From positions 64,001-128,000 of the forward strand of contig CAVRAL010000005.1 in assembly GCA_963719085.1 (NCBI GenBank): DNA of 64,000 bases, given 5' to 3'. This DNA is from a candidate division FCPU426 bacterium (GTDB lineage Bacteria; Oederibacteriota; Muellerivitia; Muellerivitales; Muellerivitaceae). The position numbers and the translations under genes are program-made. The notes under the pieces were generated by a model. That model made no database searches. It was not told the origin of the DNA and saw nothing but the letters and a program-made list of their open reading frames with translations. Position 1 is the first letter of the stretch. Each line of letters starts with the position of its first letter. Of this stretch, positions 1 through 9,555 are shown one piece after another.

Positions 1-527
1 CCCACGCGGAAAATACTGTCGATGGCTGAAGGTGTGAATTTCCGAAAAATATTCATCACCAATATCATCATGAAAAAACCCAAAACCATTCCCAGGACGG
101 GCGCGATAAAAATAAAAAGAATCGTCTTTTGAAACCCCGCCAAAATAAGGACCTTCCAACCGCTTTGAGCTACTGCCGCCCCGCCGAATCCGCCAATCAA
201 GGCGTGGGAAGAGCTCGTGGGCAAGCCATAAACCCAGGTAATCAAATCCCAAAGAATCGCGCCGATAAGCGCCGAAAGGATCACGAAGACCGTGATGCCG
301 ATCGGATCCACTAGCCCCTTGCCCACGGTTTTCGCCACCGGGGTTCCAATCGTAAAAGCTGCCAAAAAATTAAAAAAAGCCGCCCAAACCACGGCTTGGC
401 CCGGGCTGAGGACCCGGGTGGAAACCACGGTAGCGATCGAATTGGCCGCGTCATGGAATCCGTTTAAAAAATCAAAAGCCAGGGCGACCACGATCACGAA
501 AAAAATGAGGACTAAGTCAGGGCTCAA
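1..527 (-). CDS. pit: Inorganic phosphate transporter, PiT family (5' part; runs off window start)
   Basis: Not in the ORF track. Manual translation from TTG at 527 (GAGG upstream): MSPDLVLIFFVIVVALAFDFLNGFHDAANSIATVVSTRVLSP..., with the GFHDAAN PiT signature; follows the DUF47 gene. Confidence 0.92.
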   Translation of the reverse strand, partial: MSPDLVLIFFVIVVALAFDFLNGFHDAANSIATVVSTRVLSPGQAVVWAAFFNFLAAFTIGTPVAKTVGKGLVDPIGITVFVILSALIGAILWDLITWVYGLPTSSSHALIGGFGGAAVAQSGWKVLILAGFQKTILFIFIAPVLGMVLGFFMMILVMNIFRKFTPSAIDSIFRV

Positions 528-551
528 GACGTAACCTCGCAGAGTCAGGAT

Positions 552-1178
552 TCAAGCGTTTTCTAACACAACCCCTTCAATGATATTGGCCACGTCCTCA
601 CAACGATCGATAGCCATCTCCACGTCCTCATAGATTTCTTTCCAAACAATCACCTGAACCGCGTTTGTCTCTTCTTTGAAAAGACGGGCAATGGCCGCGT
701 CGCGCAAGGCATCGCCGTCGTTTTCCAACTTATTAATCTCAATACAGGACTTCAGGATTTCCTTGGCGTTTTTCAGATTCCGCAAATTCCTCACGGCTTT
801 TTGCAACTCGAGGGTCGAGTAATACAAGACCTTCGACATTTCAACGAGATCCGAAGGCGCTTCCTTCACCCCGTAAAGCATCATTCGACGGGCCGAGCCG
901 TCAATAAAATCCATGACGTCGTCCATGAGGGTGATTAATTGATGGATTTGGTCCCGGTCAATTGGGGTAATGAAGGTTTTATGCAATACTTCGGCCATTC
1001 GATGGGTGATCTCGTCAGCTTGGTGCTCCACATCTTTGATGCGCCGGGCTTTCGCGGGGGCATCAGCGAAATGTTCGAGCATTTCCACCAAGATACGCGA
1101 ACCCTCCACACAACAATCCGCGTGCCGGTCAAATTCATCAAAAAAGCCGTACTCTTTTGGAATCAGGAAACCAAACAT
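552..1178 (-). CDS. DUF47 family phosphate transport regulator (Pit accessory)
   Basis: EHQADEITH...FITPIDR, ENDGD and DRCEDVANIIEGV motifs; upstream of pit; start moved to ATG 1178. Confidence 0.9.
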   Translation of the reverse strand: MFGFLIPKEYGFFDEFDRHADCCVEGSRILVEMLEHFADAPAKARRIKDVEHQADEITHRMAEVLHKTFITPIDRDQIHQLITLMDDVMDFIDGSARRMMLYGVKEAPSDLVEMSKVLYYSTLELQKAVRNLRNLKNAKEILKSCIEINKLENDGDALRDAAIARLFKEETNAVQVIVWKEIYEDVEMAIDRCEDVANIIEGVVLENA

Positions 1179-1327
1179 GGGAGCCCCCGGGACCGGAATT
1201 GAAAAAACCGGGGAGAGATTGCCATAAGCGCCCCTGGGGGTCAATTCGAAACCAAGGTCGAAAACTTAGATTTCGGCTCTTTTTAGAAAATTAATGGGCT
1301 CCAGGGGTCTATTGAGCCCTAAATAAT

Positions 1328-1354
1328 AAAGGACCGGGGGTCCCGGTCCTTTTT
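1328..1354. terminator. Intrinsic terminator downstream of phoU
   Basis: AAAGGACCGGG-ggt-CCCGGTCCTTT(TT) hairpin with A/T flanks. Confidence 0.75.
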
Positions 1355-1389
1355 AAAAACGAACGCTTTTTCTATTCTATATAGAAGGA

Positions 1390-2046
1390 TTAACCCCGGC
1401 GATGCCGGATATCCTTCCCCTGCACCATGTAAATCACGTCTTCCGCCACATTGGTGGCGTGATCGGCGATCCGCTCCAAATGACGGGAGATCAAAATCAA
1501 ATCAAGCGCCCGCTTAATGTTCGCCCGGTCTTCCAACATATAGCTGATGAGTTCCCGGATGATCTGGTCGTTCAGGTTATCGACCTCGTCATCCCTTTCG
1601 CAGACCTTTTTGGCCGCCTCAGGATCCCGGTTGACTAAGGAGTCCAAGGAAACCTTCACCATCTCCTGCGCGATGGAAGCCATGCGCGGAATGTCGATAA
1701 AGGGTTTCAGTGGAGCCACCTCATTGAGGGTCAAGGCCCGCTCCGCGATGTTGCTGGACAAATCGCCGATGCGCTCCAGGTCGGAGTTGATCTTCATCGA
1801 ACTGGTGATGAAACGCATGTCCCCCGCCATGGGCTGATGCAGCGCCAAGAGCCGGTGGCAAATCTCGTCCACTTCGATCTCAAGATCGTTGATCTCGTGA
1901 TCGCTCTGGATCACCCGGCGGGCGAGCTTGGAATCCCGGTCCACCAACGACTTCATAGCCAGACGGATCGCTTCTTCCACCTTGCTGCCCATGAACAGAA
2001 GCTTTTCTTTTAAACCGGCCAGTTCCTCGTCGAATGATATTTGCAT
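1390..2046 (-). CDS. phoU: Phosphate signalling protein PhoU
   Basis: QPMAGDMR, DLERIGD and HLERIADHATNVAE motifs; follows pstB. Confidence 0.97.
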   Translation of the reverse strand: MQISFDEELAGLKEKLLFMGSKVEEAIRLAMKSLVDRDSKLARRVIQSDHEINDLEIEVDEICHRLLALHQPMAGDMRFITSSMKINSDLERIGDLSSNIAERALTLNEVAPLKPFIDIPRMASIAQEMVKVSLDSLVNRDPEAAKKVCERDDEVDNLNDQIIRELISYMLEDRANIKRALDLILISRHLERIADHATNVAEDVIYMVQGKDIRHRRG

Positions 2047-2924
2047 CAGCCGAATCTCCCTGTGATGTAGTCTTCCGTCAGTTTGTTGTCCGGATTAGTG
2101 AACACTTTTTCTGTCGGGTTAAATTCAATCAGCTTTCCATTCAACATGAAGGCGGTCTTTTGCGAAACCCGGGCGGCTTGCTGCATATTGTGGGTCACGA
2201 TGATGATGGTGTAGTTCTGGCGAAGCTCGTGGATGAGCTCCTCAATTTTCGAGGTCGAGATCGGGTCCAAGGCCGAGCAGGGCTCGTCCATCAAGAGCAC
2301 TTCCAGGTCAATCGCCAAGGCCCTCGCGATACAAAGCCTCTGCTGCTGGCCGCCCGACAGGGCCGCGCCCGGCCGATGGAGCGAGTCCTTCACTTCTTCC
2401 CATAAGGCGGCCTTGCGCAGGCTTTTCTCGACGACCTCATCCAACACTTTTTTATCGCGGATGCCGTTCAACCGAAGCCCTACCACGACGTTGTCGTAAA
2501 TGGACAGGGTCGGAAAAGGCGTGGGCTTTTGGAAAACCATGCCGATGCGGCGCCGAACCTCGACCGGATCAATCGCGCTGGAAAAAATGCTCTTTTGTTC
2601 CAGCAAAATGTCCCCGTCATGCCGGGCCGAAGGGACGGTTTCGTGCATGCGGTTGAAACAACGGATCAGGGTCGATTTGCCGCAGCCCGAGGGGCCGATG
2701 ATGGCGGTGACTTCCTTCTCGAGAATGTCCATGTTGATGTCAAAAAGCGCCTGCTTCTCGCCGAACCAGCCGTTCAGGTGGTTCACCTTGATCTTAATGG
2801 GTTTCACCGGGCCGGAAGCGGATTCGGCTTGACCCTGCGGCACCTCGATCTTCCGGGTCTCGCCTTGCGGATGATTTGAGCTCACTTTTTTTTCCTTTTC
2901 CACTAATTCTTCCATCATAGCCAT
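2046..2924 (-). CDS. pstB: Phosphate ABC transporter ATPase
   Basis: [34 protein letters not shown]-terminal YITGRFG. Confidence 0.97.
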   Translation of the reverse strand: MAMMEELVEKEKKVSSNHPQGETRKIEVPQGQAESASGPVKPIKIKVNHLNGWFGEKQALFDINMDILEKEVTAIIGPSGCGKSTLIRCFNRMHETVPSARHDGDILLEQKSIFSSAIDPVEVRRRIGMVFQKPTPFPTLSIYDNVVVGLRLNGIRDKKVLDEVVEKSLRKAALWEEVKDSLHRPGAALSGGQQQRLCIARALAIDLEVLLMDEPCSALDPISTSKIEELIHELRQNYTIIIVTHNMQQAARVSQKTAFMLNGKLIEFNPTEKVFTNPDNKLTEDYITGRFG

Positions 2925-2927
2925 TCC

Positions 2928-3782
2928 TTACCTCAGCGACTGTCTGGGGTTTTTAAAGAAAATTTTCGCCAGCGCGTTGACCAGCAAAACCATCAACAAA
3001 AGCACCAACGCCCCGGTCCAGGCCTGATCCTGCCAGTCCTTGAAGGGCGAAATAGCGTAAGTGAACACCTGCACGGTTAGGGAAGCCGTCGGCTCGTCGA
3101 TACTGGAGGCGCGGTACTGGTTGTTGAAGGCGGTAAACAACAAAGGCGCCGTTTCCCCGGCGATACGGGACAAGGATAGCAAAACCCCGGTCAAGATGCC
3201 GTTCTTGGCGGTGCGGATGACAATTTGAAGGATGGTTTTCCATTGGGGGATTCCCAAGGCCCAGGAAGCTTCCCGGATGGAGTGCGGGACCAATTTCACC
3301 AATTCTTCGGTGGTTCGGGTCACGATCGGGATCATCATAAAGCCCAGCGCGCAGCCCCCCGCGATGGCCGAGAAATGCCCCATGCTCCGCACGATCAACT
3401 GATAAGCCACGATGCCCGTCACGATGGAAGGAACCCCCGACAGCACGTCCGACGTAAAACGCACGGCCCAGGCGAACTGGTTCTTTTTGCCGTATTCGGC
3501 CAAGTAGACTCCCGAGAAAATACCGATCGGCAAGCCCACGCAGGAAGCGATCAAAACCAAAGTCATGGTTCCCACGATGGCGTTGCTCATTCCGCCGCCC
3601 GGAACCCCGACCGGCGTCGGCAGGTGGGTGAAAAAAGTCCAATCCAACCGATGGATGCCCTGAAACACCACGTAAATAATCAGGCTGACCAAGGGAATCA
3701 TGACTAGAAACGAGGCGATCCCGCACAGGAAAACCATCAATCGGTCAATGAACTTCCGACGGGTTTGAAAATCAAAATTCAT
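2928..3782 (-). CDS. pstA: Phosphate ABC permease PstA
   Basis: GVPSIV, EASWALG, RIAGETAPLL motifs; operon position. Confidence 0.96.
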   Translation of the reverse strand: MNFDFQTRRKFIDRLMVFLCGIASFLVMIPLVSLIIYVVFQGIHRLDWTFFTHLPTPVGVPGGGMSNAIVGTMTLVLIASCVGLPIGIFSGVYLAEYGKKNQFAWAVRFTSDVLSGVPSIVTGIVAYQLIVRSMGHFSAIAGGCALGFMMIPIVTRTTEELVKLVPHSIREASWALGIPQWKTILQIVIRTAKNGILTGVLLSLSRIAGETAPLLFTAFNNQYRASSIDEPTASLTVQVFTYAISPFKDWQDQAWTGALVLLLMVLLVNALAKIFFKNPRQSLR

Positions 3783-3785
3783 AAG

Positions 3786-4769
3786 TTATCCCTTCCCGTG
3801 GCTGAATTGCTTGGTGGTGGCCCAAACTAAAAGGTTGGCGATAACATTTAAAACCAGGGTAATCACCATCAACAAAAGCCCGATTTCGGCCAAGGCCGAG
3901 AGATAAAGGTCGCTATTGGCCTCCGAAAATTCATTGGCGATCACGCTGGCCATACTATGGGAAGGGGCCAAAAGATTCATCGAAACTAAGGGCGTATTAC
4001 CGATTACCATGGTGACCGCCATGGTCTCGCCTAAAGCGCGTCCTAAAGCCAGCATGATGGCCCCCAACACCCCCACTTTCGAGGGCTTCAAAACCGCCAG
4101 CGCCATGGTTTCCCAACTGGTGGCGCCAAGCGCCCGGGCCGCTTCCCGGTAAGGATTCGGAACCGCCTCAAACACCTCCCGGCTGATGGCCGTGATGGTC
4201 GGCAAAATCATGATCGCGAGAATCACACCCGCGGTCAAAAGCGAAAGCCCCGTCGAGGGTCCTTTAAAAAAAGGTCCGCCGATGACCTTGGCTAAAAACG
4301 GATCCACATAAACCCGCATAAAAGGCGCCAGCATGAAAATACCCCACAAACCATAAACCACCGAAGGAATCGCGGCGAGGATTTCAATGATGAAAGCCAC
4401 CGGATCTCGAAGCTTTAAGGGAGCCAATTCGGTTAAAAAGAGCGAGATGCCCAATCCCAAGGGGGTCGCGATCAATAAAGCCAAGAAGGAAGACGCCAGG
4501 GTTCCGTAAACAAAGGAAACCGACCCGAAAACCTGATTAACCGGATCCCAATCCTGTGTCTGGAGAAACTTCCAACCCATTGTATGAATGGAAAGCGAGG
4601 CGGCTTTCCACAAGGTAAAGGCGGTCAAAAAGGCCAGGAACAAGATCAAAAACGCGAAAAAAGCGGTCATGCCGTGGAAAAGTTTGTCGCCCAAAGCGGA
4701 CTTCGTTAGGCCAAATAAAGTAAAAGGCTTTACGGGCTGCTCAGGCGCGGATTCGGAAGAGTAACTCAC
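3786..4769 (-). CDS. pstC: Phosphate ABC permease PstC
   Basis: AIPSVVYGLWG, RALGETMAV, IANEFSEA motifs. Confidence 0.96.
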   Translation of the reverse strand: MSYSSESAPEQPVKPFTLFGLTKSALGDKLFHGMTAFFAFLILFLAFLTAFTLWKAASLSIHTMGWKFLQTQDWDPVNQVFGSVSFVYGTLASSFLALLIATPLGLGISLFLTELAPLKLRDPVAFIIEILAAIPSVVYGLWGIFMLAPFMRVYVDPFLAKVIGGPFFKGPSTGLSLLTAGVILAIMILPTITAISREVFEAVPNPYREAARALGATSWETMALAVLKPSKVGVLGAIMLALGRALGETMAVTMVIGNTPLVSMNLLAPSHSMASVIANEFSEANSDLYLSALAEIGLLLMVITLVLNVIANLLVWATTKQFSHGKG

Positions 4770-4893
4770 CTAGGGTCTCGCTTTCACGGCTTCAGCTTTT
4801 AAGGATCAAAATCAGAAAGACGGACTCACCAAACACTTCGAGTCAATCCGTCTTCCTGATTCAACCTTGCTTCCCAACTACTTTTAAAAAAAA

Positions 4894-5003
4894 ACGGAAT
4901 TATTCACTTCACAACGCAAACCCTATTGAAACATTGATGGAGGCTGATGATGCCGATTTTTGGCACAAATATCAGTCTTCATCGGCATTTATCGTTGTTT
5001 CAA
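4894..5003 (-). repeat. Gene-less GxxExxY-type palindromic element (subfamily 1, no insert)
   Basis: Minus strand TTGAAACAACGATAAATGCCGATGAAGACTGAT...ATCAGCCTCCATCAATGTTTCAA plus tail TTGCGTTGTGAAGTGAATAATTCCGT; aligns by eye with 47103-47215 and 21445-21636. Confidence 0.85.
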
Positions 5004-5043
5004 AAGCCGGTCACCGCTCTCTTTGTCAAAGGCATTGTTCCAT

Positions 5044-5078
5044 AAAAAAATAAAGAAGAGCGGGCTCATCGCCCGCTC
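5044..5078 (-). terminator. Terminator/stabiliser hairpin after pstS
   Basis: GAGCGGGC-N5-GCCCGCTC followed on the minus strand by TTCTTTATTTTTTT. Confidence 0.7.
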
Positions 5079-5092
5079 CCCGGTTTACAACC

Positions 5093-6115
5093 TTAGTACT
5101 TAATTTGCGAAATCTTGTCCTGCACCTTGGCGATCAAAGAATCCGGCAAAGGAGCGTAGTACAAATCCTTCACTTCGGATTCCCCGGCGCTCAAATACCA
5201 GGTCAAGAAATCAACGATGGCCTTGCCCGTAGCGTGGTCGCTATAGTTGCGATAAACCAGCAACCAAGTGAACCCGCAGATCGGGTAGGAATCGGCTCCC
5301 GCCGCGTTGGTGATCATCACGCGGAAATCGGACGGCATGTGCTTCAAGGCGCCGGCGGCCGCCGCGGTGGTTGACTCAATGGTCGGCTCCACGAAATTAC
5401 CCGACTTGTTCTTGACCAAAGCGTAGGTCAAGTTGTTCTTGATCGCGTAAGCCAATTCGACGTAACCGATGGTTCCCGGAATCTGGGAGATCAAACCGGC
5501 CACTCCCTCGTTACCCTTACCACCCACGCCGACCGGCCACTTCACGGAAGTGCCAAAACCCACCGACCCGGCCCATTTGGTGCTGACCTTGGTCAAGTAG
5601 TTCGTGAAGATGTTGGAGGTTCCGCTTCCATCGGAGCGGTGCGCCACCGTGATGTCCAAGCTGGGCAAAGTCACGCCCGGGTTCTCATCGGCGATCTCAG
5701 CGTCATTCCACTTGGTCACGACGCCCATATAGATGTCCGCGATCGCGGCGGGAGTCAGCTTCAGCTTTGTCGTCACGCCCGGCACGTTGTAGGCCAAAGC
5801 CACGGCCCCGGCCACGGTCGGGAAATGCAACACGCCCGCGCTGATCTTGGAGATCTGGTCGTCGGTCATCGGAGCGTCGGAGGCGCCGAAATTAACGGTG
5901 CCCGCCGTCAGCTGTTGGATGCCGCCGCCCGAACCGATCGACTGGTAGTTGATCTGAACCCCGGTCTTTTGGTTGTACTCATAGAACCACTTCGAATAGA
6001 TCGGATAAGGGAAAGTCGCGCCCGCCCCGTTCACGGTCAAGGCTTGGACCACTTGGGCTCCGGAGAGCGTCAAGGCGGCCACAGCTCCTAACATGATTTT
6101 TTTCAAATTTTTCAT
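5093..6115 (-). CDS. pstS: Phosphate-binding protein PstS
   Basis: Signal peptide, GAGATFPYP, YQSIGSGGG, HRSDGSGTS, GGKGNEGV. Confidence 0.98.
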   Translation of the reverse strand: MKNLKKIMLGAVAALTLSGAQVVQALTVNGAGATFPYPIYSKWFYEYNQKTGVQINYQSIGSGGGIQQLTAGTVNFGASDAPMTDDQISKISAGVLHFPTVAGAVALAYNVPGVTTKLKLTPAAIADIYMGVVTKWNDAEIADENPGVTLPSLDITVAHRSDGSGTSNIFTNYLTKVSTKWAGSVGFGTSVKWPVGVGGKGNEGVAGLISQIPGTIGYVELAYAIKNNLTYALVKNKSGNFVEPTIESTTAAAAGALKHMPSDFRVMITNAAGADSYPICGFTWLLVYRNYSDHATGKAIVDFLTWYLSAGESEVKDLYYAPLPDSLIAKVQDKISQIKY

Positions 6116-6168
6116 CGATATTCCTCGCTTTTGGTTTGTAGATTCTAGGTTTTAGAATCCAACTTCAA

Positions 6169-6185
6169 TGTTACATAATTGTTAA
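6169..6185 (-). promoter_or_regulatory. Putative Pho box upstream of pstS
   Basis: Minus strand TTAACA-ATTAT-GTAACA (11-bp period). Confidence 0.75.
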
Positions 6186-6271
6186 TTAAAGCCCTCCCTC
6201 AACCGAAGGAGGAGGAGGCCCGTTCCGCCCCTGATGAACGGAACGGCCTCCAAGATTTATCGTTACGTGCC

Positions 6272-7669
6272 TTAGAAACGATACCAAGTAGACAATTGCA
6301 CCCGATGATCAATCGCCGTGGCGCCCGACAAATAATGATCATCAAATCGGGAATATTCGACACCGGCACGGACATTATTCGTAAAGTCCTGCACCACGTT
6401 GAAGAATACACCGTTCACATCATCGCAAGTCCCACCGAGGAGGGCGACATTCTGTCCGAATGTTTCGCCGTATCCCAACGTCATATAAGTCCCAATGGAT
6501 TGCGGCAAATGGAACTGTAATTGAGCGTTCCAGCTTTGGTCATCAACCAACGTGAAAGTCGTGCCATTAAAAGCGGCAATACCCGCGTCAATCGTCGGCG
6601 CCGGTGGCGCCGCCACTCCGCCGCCATTCCATCCATTCAAAGCGTCCGCAACACCCTGGCCGATCATCCATTCCCCGGTCAAAATCAGGGTCGAATTATC
6701 GGTCTGGGACGTACCCATCAAAACGGGAATCTGGGTGTCCACAGCCACACCTTGTCCCGTGGTGTCTTTATAATTCGTCAAGCCGACCGGCAAATAAGCG
6801 TAATTGCGCAAAGTGCCCGAAATGCCCACGCTGAAAGGCACCAGTTTCGAGGCCCCGGTCGCGTAGGCGAATTGGGCTTTCCAATCGTTAAAGATAAAGC
6901 GAACGCCACCATTAAAATTCGGGATCATCGAGAAAGCCTGTTCCGGGCGTTCCGCGTCGACCGCGATTTGAACCTGGACATTGGAGCCGATAGTCTTCAT
7001 CACACCGATTCGCGGGGTCCTTTCATACAAAGTTCCCATGATCGGGGACACATCCAAAGTGGCCAAGACGTTATCCATGTTCCAACCAAAGAGAGTCCAG
7101 TACTGTCCAGCCATAATGTCCCACCCATCCTTTTGGGCGTCCAAATAAGCGTGCCGGATGCGGAAAGTAGGCTGGGTGTATTCTTTGTTTTCATTGCCGC
7201 CAACGGCCGTATTCGCGCTACCGCTCGTAACCGCCGCGCCGTTCAATCCGTTGGTAATACCCAAAAAGTCCGCTTCCAAGTAACCCTTGGTCACCCAACC
7301 ATCAATCGTCTGTTGGGCTAAAGCCGACAACCGGCTATTGCGGGGCGAGAACTGGGCTTGTCCATTTCGCTGGGCAACCGAACCGGATTTCGGAATTTGG
7401 GCGTTATCACCTATCGTTTCCGTCCCTAAACCCATTTGGGTGTCGTCAAAAATAGCGTCCAATTCCGCGAATCCATGTATTTCAACTTTCGGCGCATTTT
7501 CCATCGCCGAAACCCGGCTTGAAAGGCTTCCCAAGGCCGAATTTAAATCGTCCTGCATCTGCGACATATCATCGCTGCTTGACTGCGTGTCATCCTTGGC
7601 GATTGCGGGCGCGGTTAAAACCGCCAGGGACCCGGCCGCCAAAAACATCCATAACCAAAGCCGTTTCAT
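6272..7669 (-). CDS. Outer-membrane porin, DcaP-like, phosphate-associated
   Basis: Signal peptide, short N-terminal coiled coil, RNSRL / YLEADF / FRIRHAY / AGQYWTLF motifs, C-terminal YRF; directly upstream of pstS. Confidence 0.75.
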   Translation of the reverse strand: MKRLWLWMFLAAGSLAVLTAPAIAKDDTQSSSDDMSQMQDDLNSALGSLSSRVSAMENAPKVEIHGFAELDAIFDDTQMGLGTETIGDNAQIPKSGSVAQRNGQAQFSPRNSRLSALAQQTIDGWVTKGYLEADFLGITNGLNGAAVTSGSANTAVGGNENKEYTQPTFRIRHAYLDAQKDGWDIMAGQYWTLFGWNMDNVLATLDVSPIMGTLYERTPRIGVMKTIGSNVQVQIAVDAERPEQAFSMIPNFNGGVRFIFNDWKAQFAYATGASKLVPFSVGISGTLRNYAYLPVGLTNYKDTTGQGVAVDTQIPVLMGTSQTDNSTLILTGEWMIGQGVADALNGWNGGGVAAPPAPTIDAGIAAFNGTTFTLVDDQSWNAQLQFHLPQSIGTYMTLGYGETFGQNVALLGGTCDDVNGVFFNVVQDFTNNVRAGVEYSRFDDHYLSGATAIDHRVQLSTWYRF

Positions 7670-7794
7670 ATTCGCTCCTTTGAATTTTAAATTCCTTTAC
7701 TTCTTCTCCGGCACCACTCGGCGCGAACGCGCCTTTGACTGCCGGTCAGGAAGCAAAGGATGCGCGGAACTATAGAGGGAAGCCGCTGTCCGAC

Positions 7795-7822
7795 TGTTGC
7801 AGGATTGTTAAATCAAGGTAAA
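7795..7822 (-). promoter_or_regulatory. Putative Pho box (3 units) upstream of the porin
   Basis: Minus strand TTTACC-N5-TTAACA-N5-GCAACA; TATAGT -10-like element at 7769-7774. Confidence 0.7.
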
Positions 7823-7948
7823 CTTTGCCCGTTTCGTGTCAAGCATACGAGTAGCGGTAAAATTCAATTCCGTTTTAACCGCGATTGAACTGGAAGGATT
7901 AAAACAGCTGAACCAAAAATGGTTCCACCTAAAAGGCGAAACCTCATT

Positions 7949-8173
7949 TCAATTACAGCTAAAACCAGCTGTACCAAACTGTTGGGAAATAAGGCTTTCG
8001 ATCATCTCCAGAACGACTCGCGGCGCCCGGTCCGGAATGGTGATCTGGAGTTCCATGATTTCACCCAAAGCCACCGGCCAAAAATTCATTTCAAGCGGAT
8101 AGTTTCGCTTCCGGCTCTTTTCCACGACCTTAATACGGCATTGAAGGAATTCGGAAAGTTTTGAAATCTCCAT
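7949..8173 (-). CDS. Small hypothetical protein
   Basis: 74-aa ORF downstream of tolC in the same orientation; no recognisable motif. Confidence 0.35.
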   Translation of the reverse strand: MEISKLSEFLQCRIKVVEKSRKRNYPLEMNFWPVALGEIMELQITIPDRAPRVVLEMIESLISQQFGTAGFSCN

Positions 8174-8253
8174 GAAAAATGAGGCCAGCACATGGGGTTT
8201 ATTGCAAACAATAATTTTATAGATTGTCGATTCGGACTCCACCGAGCCCCCCC

Positions 8254-9555
8254 TTAAGGAAGGGCGGCAACAGTGCCGCCATTTACAAGATATTGATTTC
8301 CCTCCGCCAACCAAAGCCGCGTCTTGACTTCCGCCAGCTGAACATCCACGTCGACCTTGTCTTTCAAAGCTTGTTGTAAATCCGAGAGCGGCCCCAAGAA
8401 ACTCAAATAGCGCTGTTTCGCCAAATCCGCCGCCCGATCAGCGTTTCCCTGTTCCTCTAAAAGTGTTTTCAATTCCACTTGAAACTGCTGGATGGACTCG
8501 CTGTAACCTATATTCAAATCATCCAAGTCCAATTGGGCCGCCGCCACATCCGAGTCCCGGGCTTGGGCCTCGGCTTCGGCGCCTTTTTCTTCGGCGTCGA
8601 TCCGAAAACCCTCGAAAATCGGAAGGGTCACTCCCACGAAAACCGAATAGTCCTGGGAAGGTTCCAAACGCGTCTCGTCCATGAATCCCGCGCTTCCGGC
8701 CACTTCCAGTTTCGGTAGATTCTCCATTGAGTATTTGGAAACAACTGCGCGGGCGGTTTTGGCCTCCAACTTCGTCAAGGAAATGAGGGGGCTAGCGCCC
8801 AGATTTTGAATTGAGCCTAGTTCCTCGCCCGCGAATTGCGTCGGGGAAGGACAGGAAAAACTTTTATCTGCCAATCCGGTCAAAAGGGCGATTCGGGCTA
8901 ATCCCGCCTGATATTGGCGGTCATAATCGTCCACCTGCAATAATGCTTCCGAAAGCTGGTCTTGAATTAACAATCCTTGAACCTCGGAATATTGGCCATT
9001 CCGGACAAAACGCCTAACCGTATTTTGAATTTCAGTCAATTCATCGGCCAGACTCTGCCAAGCGTCCCGGTTACCCCGCAGAAGGACCGTTCCCAAATAT
9101 ATCTCCAGCGCTTTCTGGTCCACCAATGACGTTTGTAATTTGGTCTTTTCCCGGATAGCGTCAACTTCATCATGGGCTGCCGCGGACCGACTCCACTGAG
9201 AAAGGTCAAGCAGATCCCATTTAATAAAGGCGTCGGCGGCCGCTCCCTTTCGATAGGGGGAAGCCACCAATCCGGAAAACCCATCCAATCCCGAAGCAGA
9301 GCCCGGAAAACCTGAACTGTCCACGGCACTAGCGTCCAAGGTTGGAAAAAAACCGGAATCTTCGGCGCGCGCGGATTGGTTAACTTCTTCTTCCCGGTAA
9401 TTTTCCGCCTTTAAGGAAGGGCTGTTTTGCTCCGTCAAACTTAAAAATTGTTTCAATCCCAGCTCCTCGTTTTGGGACCATCCTTTCCCAGAGCAAACCA
9501 ATATCCATCCTCCGAAAAGAACAATCGACCACTTGAATCCTGATTTATTTTTCAT
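8254..9555 (-). CDS. TolC family outer-membrane efflux protein
   Basis: Signal peptide, FFPTLD / LPKLEV and GVTLPIFEG repeat motifs; overlaps the RND stop. Confidence 0.88.
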   Translation of the reverse strand: MKNKSGFKWSIVLFGGWILVCSGKGWSQNEELGLKQFLSLTEQNSPSLKAENYREEEVNQSARAEDSGFFPTLDASAVDSSGFPGSASGLDGFSGLVASPYRKGAAADAFIKWDLLDLSQWSRSAAAHDEVDAIREKTKLQTSLVDQKALEIYLGTVLLRGNRDAWQSLADELTEIQNTVRRFVRNGQYSEVQGLLIQDQLSEALLQVDDYDRQYQAGLARIALLTGLADKSFSCPSPTQFAGEELGSIQNLGASPLISLTKLEAKTARAVVSKYSMENLPKLEVAGSAGFMDETRLEPSQDYSVFVGVTLPIFEGFRIDAEEKGAEAEAQARDSDVAAAQLDLDDLNIGYSESIQQFQVELKTLLEEQGNADRAADLAKQRYLSFLGPLSDLQQALKDKVDVDVQLAEVKTRLWLAEGNQYLVNGGTVAALP

